Source: Bugula neritina
Taxonomy: Eukaryota > Animalia > Bryozoa
Reading direction: 5' to 3'
Length of the DNA: 64,000 bases
Assembly (NCBI GenBank): GCA_964035545.1
Contig: OZ037766.1
Span: forward strand, 18,898,767-18,962,766
Shown: one piece after another, positions 1 through 7,896 of the stretch
Position numbering within the stretch: position 1 is the stretch's first letter
How the letters are laid out: each line of letters opens with the position of its first letter
Program-made: the position numbers and the translations under genes
Notes under the pieces: model-generated
Database searches by the model: none
What the model saw: the letters and a program-made list of their open reading frames with translations, nothing else
Told to the model about the DNA's origin: nothing

Positions 1-3000
1 GGCACATTTATTCACTTTTAGGCACTTTCCAGCACATTTGGGCACTTTTAGCACATTTAGGCACTTTTTAGCACATTTAGGCACTTTTTAGCACATTTGG
101 GAACTTCAGCACATTTAGGCGCTTTTAGCACATTTAGGCACATTTCGGCACTTTTTAGCACATTTAGGCACTTTGTAGCACATTTAGGAACTTTTCAGCA
201 CATTTAGGCACATTAAGGCACTTTTAGCACATTTAGGCACATTCAGGCACTTTTAGCACATTTAGGCAGTTTTAGGCACTTTTTAGCTCATTTAGGCATA
301 TTTTGGCAGTTTTGGCACTTTTACGCACTTTTTAGCACATTTAGGCACTTTTGGCACATTTAGGCGCATTCAGGCACTTTTAGCACATTTAGGCACTTTT
401 AGGCACTTTTTAGCACATTTAGGCACTTTAAGCACATTTAGGCACATTTAAGCACTATTATCACATATAGGCACTTTTAGCACATTTAGGGACATTTAGG
501 CACTTTTTTAGCACTTTTTAGCACATTTAGGCACTTTTGGCACGTTCAGGCACTTTTCGCATATTTAGGCCCATTCAAGCACTTTTTAGCATATTTAGGC
601 AATTTTAGCACATTTAAGCACATTTAGGCACTTTTGGCACATTTAGGCACATATAGGCACTTTTTAGCACATTCAGGCACTTTTCGCATATTTAGGCCCA
701 TTCAAGCACTTTTTAGCACATTTAGGCATTTTTAGCACATTTAGGCATATTTAGGCACTTTTGGCACTTTTACGCACTTTTTAGCACATTTAGGCACTTT
801 TGGCACATTTAGGCACTGTTTAGCACATTTAGGCACTTTTAGGCACTTTCCAGCACATTTGGGCACTTTTCAGCACATTTAGGCACATTTAGGCAGTTTT
901 TAGCACATTTGGGCACTTTTAGGCGCTTATTAGCTCATTTAGGCCCATTTAAGCACTCTTTAGCACTTGTAGGCATTTTTTAGCACATTTAGGCCCTTTT
1001 CAGCAAAATTAGGCACTTTTAGCACATTTAGGCACATTTAGGCACTGTTTAGCACATTCAGGCACTTTTAGGCACTTTTAGGCACTTTCCAGCACATTTG
1101 GGCACTTTTAGCACATTTAGGCACTCTTTAGCACATTTGGGCACTTTTCAGCACATTTAGCACTTTTTAGTACATTTGGGCACTTTTCAGCACATTTAGG
1201 CGCTTTTAGCACATTTAAGCACTTTTTAGCACATTTAGGCACTTTTTAGCGCATTTAGGCACTTTCAGCACATTTAGGCACATTTAGGCACTTCTTAGCA
1301 CATTTGGGCACTTTCCAGCACATTTAGGCACTTTTAGCACATTTAGGCACATTTAGGCACTGTTTAGCGCATTTAGGCACATTTAGGCCCTTTCCAGCAC
1401 ATCTGGGCACTTTTAGCACATTTAGGCACATTTAGGCTCTGTTTAGCACATTTAGGCACTTTTAGGCACTCTTAGGCACTTTTTAGCGCATTTAAGCACC
1501 TTTAGCACCTTTAGGCACTTTTTAGCACATTTGGGCACTTTTCAGCACACTTAGGCACTTTTAGCACATTTAGGCAGATTTAGGCACTGTTTAGCACATT
1601 TAGGCACATTTATTCACTTTTAGGCACTTTCCAGCACATTTGGCACTTTTAGCACATTTAGGCACTTTTTAGCACATTTAGGCACTTTTTAGCACATTTG
1701 GGCACTTCAGCACATTTAGGCGCTTTTAGCAAATTTAGGCACATTGCGGCACTTTTTAGCACATTTAGGCACTTTCTAGCACATTTAGGCACTTTTAGGC
1801 ACTTTCCAGCACATTTGGGCACTTTTCAGCACATTTAGGCACATTCAGGCAGTTTTTAGGACATTTGGGCACTTTTAGGTGCTTATTAGCTCATTTAGGC
1901 CCATTTAGGCACTCTTTAGCACTTTTAGGCATTTTTTAGCACATTTAGGCAGATTCAGGCACTGTTTAGCACATTTAGGCACATTTATTCACTTTTAGGC
2001 ACTTTCCAGCACATTTGGGCACTTTTAGCACATTTAGGCACTTTTTAGCACATTTAGGCACTTTTTAGCACATTTGGGAACTGCAGCACATTTAGGCGCT
2101 TTTAGCACATTTAGGCACATTTCGGCACTTTTTAGCACATTTAGGCACTTTGTAGCACATTTAGGAACTTTTCAGCACATTTAGGCACATTTAGGCACTT
2201 TTAGCACATTTAGGCACATTCAGGCACTTTTAGCACATTAGGCAGTTTTAGGCACTTTTTAGCTCATTTAGGCATATTTTGGCAGTTTTGGCACTTTTAC
2301 GCACTTTTTAGCACATTTAGGCACTTTTGGCACATTTAGGCGCATTCAGGCACTTTTAGCACATTTAGGCACTTTTAGGCACTTTTTAGCACATTTAGGC
2401 ACTTTAAGCACATTTAGGCACATTTAAGCACTATTATCACATATAGGCACTTTTAGCACATTTAGGGACATTTAGGCACTTTTTAGCACTTTTTAGCACA
2501 TTTAGGCACTTTTGGCACATTCAGGCACTTTTCGCATATTTAGGCCCATTCAAGCACTTTTTAGCATATTTAGGCAATTTTAGCACATTTAAGCATATTT
2601 AGGCACTTTTGGCACTTTTACGCACTTTTTAGCACATTTAGGCACTTTTGGCACATTTAGGCACATATAGGCACTTTTTAGCACATTCAGGCACTTTTCG
2701 CATATTTAGGCCCATTCAAGCACTTTTTAGCACATTTAGGCATTTTTAGCACATTTAGGCATATTTAGGCACTTTTGGCACTTTTACGCACTTTTTAGCA
2801 CATTTAGGCACTTTTGGCACATTTAGGCACTGTTTAGCACATTTAGGCACATTTAGGCACTGTTTAGCACATTCAGGCACTTTTAGGCACTTTTAGGCAC
2901 TTTCCAGCACATTTGGGCACTTTTAGCACATTTAGGCACTCTTTAGCACATTTGGGCACTTTTCAGCACATTTAGCACTTTTTAGCACATTTGGGCACTT

Positions 3001-3794
3001 TTCAGCACATTTAGGCGCTTTTAGCACATTTAAGCACTTTTTAGCACATTTAGGCAGTTTTTAGCGCATTTAGGCACTTTCAGCACATTTAGGCACATTT
3101 AAGCACTTCTTAGCACATTTGGGCACTTTCCAGCACATTTAGGCACTTTTAGCACATTTAGGCACATTTAGGCACTGTTTAGCACATTTAGGCACATTTA
3201 GGCACTTTCCAGCACATCTGGGCACTTTTAGCACATTTAGGCACATTTAGGCTCTGTTTAGCACATTTAGGCACTTTTAGGCACTCTTAGGCACTTTTTA
3301 GCGCATTTAGGCACCTTTAGCACATTTAGGCACTTTTTAGCACATTTGGGCACTTTTCAGCACACTTAGGCACTTTTAGCACGTTTAGGCAGATTTAGGC
3401 ACTGTTTAGCACATTTAGGCACATTTATTCACTTTTAGGCACTTTCCAGCACATTTGGCACTTTTAGCACATTTAGGCACTTTTTAGCACATTTAGGCAC
3501 TTTTTAGCACATTTGGGCACTTCAGCACATTTAGGCACATTTAGGCACTTTTAGCACATTTAGGCACTTTTAGGCACTTTTTAGCACATTTAGGCATTTT
3601 TGGCACATTTAGGCACATATAGGCACTTTTTAGCACATTTAGGCACATTTCACATATTTAGGCCCATTCAAGCACTTTTTAGCACATTTGGGCACTTTTA
3701 GCACATTTAGGCATATTTAGGCACTTTTGGCACTTTTACGCACTTTTTAGCACATTTAGGCACTTTTCACATATTTAGGCCCATTCAAGCATTA
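1..3794. repeat. Satellite A, left segment: degenerate 9-10 bp units ATTTAGGCAC / TTTTAGCAC, often alternating as a ~19-20 bp dimer
   Basis: Continuous tandem TTTAGGCAC/TTTAGCAC variants from base 1 up to the transposon. Diagnostic variants recur: GGCACATTTATTCAC at 1, 1603, 1978 and 3418; CTATTATCAC at 455 and 2431; ATCTGG at 1401 and 3216. This implies a ~1.8-2.0 kb higher-order duplication. Confidence 0.97.
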
Positions 3795-3814
3795 CACAGT
3801 TAGTTTAAGGTCAT
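3795..3814 (+). repeat. Left terminal inverted repeat of element 1
   Basis: CACAGTTAGTTTAAGGTCAT is the exact reverse complement of 6308-6327. Confidence 0.97.
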
Positions 3815-3856
3815 TACTTTCCACATTCAGGCACTGCTTTATGTTATATATAAACG

Positions 3857-4130
3857 GTTTCCAGGGGATAGCTCGAACAGTTTTTGTCTCACATTAACAA
3901 ATTTTACATGAAAAGATAGCTCTTGCATTCCTCTTTCATATACTTTTTTAATTTTTCAATAAAAAATTTTCTGAGAAAGTTGTTGCATAATAAGTAAAAT
4001 TTTACACCCTCCATGTTCCACTGCTGTAGCACAGGGGATTCATTTTATAAAGTCTAAAAGTTAAACTTGACATTCCTTGATATGTTTTCTCCAATATACT
4101 TTCTTTGTTTTTTGAAATTCTGTTCATGCT
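3857..4130 (+). repeat. Two degenerate tandem copies of a ~156-bp subterminal module of element 1
   Basis: GTTTCCAG..GATAGC...ATATACTTTTTT (ATATAC at 3938) and GTTCCACTG..TAGC...CTCCAATATACTTTC (ATATAC at 4094). Both align with the inverted copy at ~6130-6256. Confidence 0.7.
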
Positions 4131-4658
4131 CTTCACAATTTGGTAAAAACATACACCATATTGCAAGTTTCACTGCAATTATCTAAATTCTTCATATGGT
4201 GGTTCTAGCTACGCTCCTGTGACTATAACATTCCTAGTACGTTTGCCGCTCTGCGCTATCACAATGACATATAGTACCCTCTCGCACAAATTGGCAATCT
4301 ATTGGATTTCTGCCAATATAATGTTCCCTGTTTTACATTAGCACTTAGCTGAATCATCTCACTATGTTACAATAATATATTGAAAATGCCTCAGCACAAC
4401 ATAATTCTTTGTTTGTTTGGCAGAGTTAATTTCAGCTAAATCACTTCACTTTGCAGTCTTGTCAGTAAAGGTTTCTCTAATTCACATATGATTTTTTTAA
4501 GTACATTGTATTCTATAAGATCATTTCAAGGTTTAGTCCAGTGTTCAGTATCTAATTATTATGCATGTATGTTGTCTTACTGTTGAACAAAAGTTAAAAA
4601 AAAACTTTACAATTATAGCCATATTTATTATACATGCGTAGGATTTGCATAAGTTGAC

Positions 4659-4739
4659 AAAAAAATTGCAACAAAATAGGCTTGAACCTATGACCAACCG
4701 ACTCGTCGCTGACGCCTCTAACCTCTGGACCACGCTGTG
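4659..4739 (-). pseudogene. tRNA-derived / Pol III type-2 promoter cassette (A box, B box, oligo-T) inside element 1; not an intact tRNA
   Basis: The minus strand reads CACAGCG-TGGTCCAGAGG(A box, 4732-4722)-TTAGAGGCGTCAGCGACGAGTCGGTTGGTCATA-GGTTCAAGCCT(B box, 4688-4678)-ATTTTGTTGCAATTTTTTT. The A-to-B gap is 33 nt, as in tRNA genes. There is a T-arm-like stem ATAGG/CCTAT and downstream T4 and T7 runs. No canonical anticodon arm or full acceptor stem. Confidence 0.65.
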
Positions 4740-4787
4740 ATTGTAAAAGAGTCGCGCATTATATGAGTAACTATCATTACATAAATA

Positions 4788-4800
4788 TTTCGCGCGCAAA
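4788..4800. promoter_or_regulatory. Near-palindromic E2F-like site TTTCGCGCGCAAA
   Basis: TTTCGCGC on the + strand matches the E2F consensus TTTSSCGC. The - strand reads TTTGCGCGCGAAA. Function is not demonstrable from sequence. Confidence 0.3.
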
Positions 4801-5664
4801 TGGGTTATAATTATTAGGCTGTCAATTCATGTTGATAGCAGTCAACTGTTGCAATAGTCTCGGGTTACTATCAAAGCTAATGGTTTTGAACAAATAACCC
4901 AAAAGTTTAAAAATAAGTAGCTTGCGTATTACTAGCTACAAAAACAGGTCTGAAATAGACTGGTAAAGCAAGCTCTTATTGTAGAGTTTGCAGATGTGCT
5001 CTAAAATAAAACTTAAACTGTATGCTATTACATAAGTATTTGTATGCGAGAGATATAAATGGACATTACTGAGTTTCTGGAAAACAACATACTTGAAGTT
5101 AACTTTGACAATGGTGTTTTCTTTTCATCATAGCTAGCCTATAGCATAAATCTCTAATCATATGAATCTTTATGAAGCCCACAGCTCATGTAAGGGTGGC
5201 AATGTAATTTGAAACGAACAATTATGTTGCTGCATTGTGTCTAAGGTATATTAGAGAGCAGAATTTGGTTTTACTAGCCTACCCCAACGGCATTCTACAA
5301 TGCAGCTTATATGCTGGCAGTTGTAATAAGTACAGCCAATAGCAAGGTTACTATCACTGCTAGCTCTGTGCAGTATGTAACCTCTTGAATAATTGCGCCA
5401 ATTTTAAACTCTTGGAAGTTGGCCAAGTTATCATATCGCAGCCAGCCACCGGAGACAAAGCATCAGAGCTATTCATATAATATTATACTGATGCACTTGG
5501 TAGCAGAGTGGCTAATCTAATATAGTTCATAGTTCAACACCCTTTACTTTGGGAATACAGCCTCTTTTTTTAGGTTTACCTTACAAAGCATGAAAATATC
5601 TAAACTGATATTCTGATAATTTAGAGGTACATTTTGAAAACTAGGTTAATTGCACTTGTTTGCA

Positions 5665-5760
5665 CAACAACAATAATAAAATAGATATTATGCAGTATAA
5701 TAAAAACACACATAATACTATATAATATATTATAATGATAATAATATAATATTATAAGTA
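5665..5760. repeat. AT-rich low-complexity (CAA/AAT/ATAAT) tract inside element 1
   Basis: CAACAACAATAATAAA...TATAATATATTATAATGATAATAATATAATATTATAAG. Confidence 0.6.
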
Positions 5761-6129
5761 CCATTACTGCATTTTATAAATCACATGGTTGCCAAAAAAA
5801 TGTATCACAAATTTTGTAATTATACATCAAAAATAGAACTAGCTAGGCAGCAGGTTAGAATAGAGTAATTTTTTAAAACATGAAATCATGATTTGACTAT
5901 TGTTTTATTTAGGCCAACCAACCTAGGAATACAAGATTGGGTTTTAGCTGACAGTTTACTATGACATTTAGCTTTTGAGCCAGCAGCACTGGCACTTGTG
6001 AAGTATAGGCAAAGTTAGTGAAGCGAGACTAACAAGCACTCAAATACAAGGCATATTGAGACACAATAACAAGTCAGGAGCGTATAAATTGATAAGAATG
6101 TGGAAGGGGGACTATGTTTTTCAACAAGC

Positions 6130-6256
6130 TATAACTTAAACATGGATTGGCTTTTGAAAAAAATGAAAAAGTATATTGGAGAACATAAGTTTCTTTATCT
6201 TTTCATATTTTTTTTGTTCCTGTGACATTCAACCTGTCCGAGCTATCAGTGGAACA
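6130..6256 (-). repeat. Inverted copy of the subterminal module at the right end of element 1
   Basis: TTGAAAAAAATGAAAAAGTATATTGGAGAA...TATCTTTTCATA...TTTGTT..TGTGA...CTGTCCGAGCTATCAGTGGAAC aligns with the reverse complement of 3857-3960 (TTGAAAAATTAAAAAAGTATATGAAAGAG...TATCTTTTCATG...TTTGTT..TGTGA...CTGTTCGAGCTATCCCCTGGAAAC). Confidence 0.8.
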
Positions 6257-6307
6257 TTGTTCATATAGAACATAAAGCACCTGGCAAAGAGCCAGAAAAT
6301 GAAAAGT

Positions 6308-6327
6308 ATGACCTTAAACTAACTGTG
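6308..6327 (-). repeat. Right terminal inverted repeat of element 1
   Basis: ATGACCTTAAACTAACTGTG is the exact reverse complement of 3795-3814. Confidence 0.97.
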
Positions 6328-7896
6328 TATTTAGCACATTTAGGCATTTTTAGCACATTTAGGCATATTTAGGTCCTTTTGGCACTTTTACGCACTTTTT
6401 AGCACATTTAGGCACTTTTGGCACATTTAGGCATATTTAGGCAATTCTGGCACTTTTACGCACTTTTCAGCACATTTAGGCACTTTTGGCACATTTAGGC
6501 ACATGTAGGCACTTTTTAGCACATTTAGGCACTTTTCGCATATTTAGGCCCATTCAAGCATTTTTTAGCACATTTAGGCATTTTTAGCACATTTAGGCAT
6601 ATTTAGGCACTGTTGGCACTTTTACGCACATTTTTTAGCACATTTAGGCACTTTTGGCACATTTAGGCACATATAGGCACTTTTTAGCACATTTAGGCAC
6701 TTTTCGCATATTTAGGCCCATTCAAGCCCTTTTTAGCACATTTAGGCACTTTTAGCATATTTAAGCACTTTTGGCACTTTCACGCACTTTTTAGCACATT
6801 TAGGCACTTTTGGCACATTTAGGCACTTTTTAGCACATTTAGACACTTTTCACATATTTAGGCCCATTCAAGCACTTTTTAGCACATTTAGGCGTATTTA
6901 GGCACTTTAGGTACTTTTAGCACATTTAGGCACATTTAGGCACTTTTCGCATATTTAGGCCCATTCAAACACTTTTTAGCACATTTAGGCATTTTTAGCA
7001 CATTTAGGCATATTTAGGCACTTTTAGCACATTTAGGCACTTTTAGGCACTTTTTAGCACATTTAGGCACTTTAAGCACATTTAGGGACATTTAAGCACT
7101 ATTAGCACATATAGGCACTTTTAGCACATTTAGGCACATTTAGGCACTTTTTAGCACATTTAGGCACTTTTGGCACTTTTACGCACTTTTTAGCACATTT
7201 AGGCATTTTTGGCACATTTAGGCACATATAGGCACTTTTTAGCACATTTAGGCACTTTTTGCATATTTAGGCCCATTCAAGCACTTTTTAGCACATTTAG
7301 GCACTTTTAGCACATTTAGGCATATTTAGGCACTTTTGACACTTTTACGCACTTTTTAGCACATTTAGGCACTTTTGGCACATTTAGGCACATATAGGCA
7401 CTTTTTAGCATATTCAGGCACTTTTCGCATATTTAGGCCCATTCAAGCACTTTTTAGCACATTTAGGCATTTTTAGCACATTTAGCTAATTTAGGCACTT
7501 TTGGCACTTTTACGCACTTTTTAGCACATTTAGGCACTTTTGGCACATTTAGGCACATTTAGGCACTTTTAGCACATTTAGGCACTTTTAGGCACTTTTT
7601 AGCACATTTAGGCACTTTTAGGCACTTTTTAGCACATTTTGGCACTTTAAGCACATTTAGCACATTTAGGCACATTTAGGCAATTTTTAGCACATTTAGG
7701 CATGTTTAGGCACTTTTGGCACTTTTACGCACTTTTTATCACATTTAGGCACTTTTCACATATTTAGGCGCATTCAAGCATTATTTAGCACCTTTAGGCA
7801 TTTTTAGCCCATTTAGGCATATTTAGGCACTTTTGGCACTTTTACGCACTTTTTAGCACATTTAGGCACTTTTGTCACATTTAGGCATATTTAGGC
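6328..7896. repeat. Satellite A, right segment
   Basis: The same TTTAGGCAC/TTTAGCAC units resume in the same orientation right after the transposon. 6328-6442 is paralogous to 7782-7896 (offset 1454). Confidence 0.97.

Larger units (their letters stand above)
3795..6327. mobile_element. Non-autonomous TIR DNA transposon (2533 bp), CACAG termini, 2-bp TSD (TA); probably CMC/EnSpm(CACTA)-like
   Basis: Perfect 20-bp TIR: CACAGTTAGTTTAAGGTCAT (3795-3814) and ATGACCTTAAACTAACTGTG (6308-6327). Flanked by TA at 3793-3794 and 6328-6329. The empty sister site CATTCAAGCATTATTTAGCAC starting at 7771 has one TA at the equivalent position. No transposase ORF is visible. The superfamily call is inferred from the termini and TSD length. 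Confidence 0.93.

Noticed and set aside
4290-4317. Small hairpin ATTGGCA...TGCCAAT in element 1
   Set aside because: A 7-bp arm is expected by chance in 2.5 kb of AT-rich sequence, and there is no supporting context.
4665-4739. Functional tRNA gene
   Set aside because: No canonical anticodon stem-loop, a 6-nt T-loop and only partial acceptor pairing. Kept only as a tRNA-derived cassette.
4545-4799. 84-aa minus-strand ORF in element 1
   Set aside because: Short, has no recognisable domain, has a non-ATG start in the sequence, and overlaps the tRNA-like cassette and T-tracts.
3795-6327. Element 1 as Tc1/mariner because the TSD is TA
   Set aside because: The related-TIR element 2 duplicates AA, and TA occurs in almost every satellite A unit, so TA here need not be specific. 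Not fully excluded without more copies.
1-7896. Satellite A as telomeric repeat (contains TTAGGC, the nematode telomere unit, and resembles TTTAGGG)
   Set aside because: TTAGGC is never tandem; it is always embedded in 9-10 bp units alternating with TTAGCAC. The array has kb-scale duplications and a transposon insertion. Its G-containing strand points into satellite B, the wrong polarity for a telomere at the left end.
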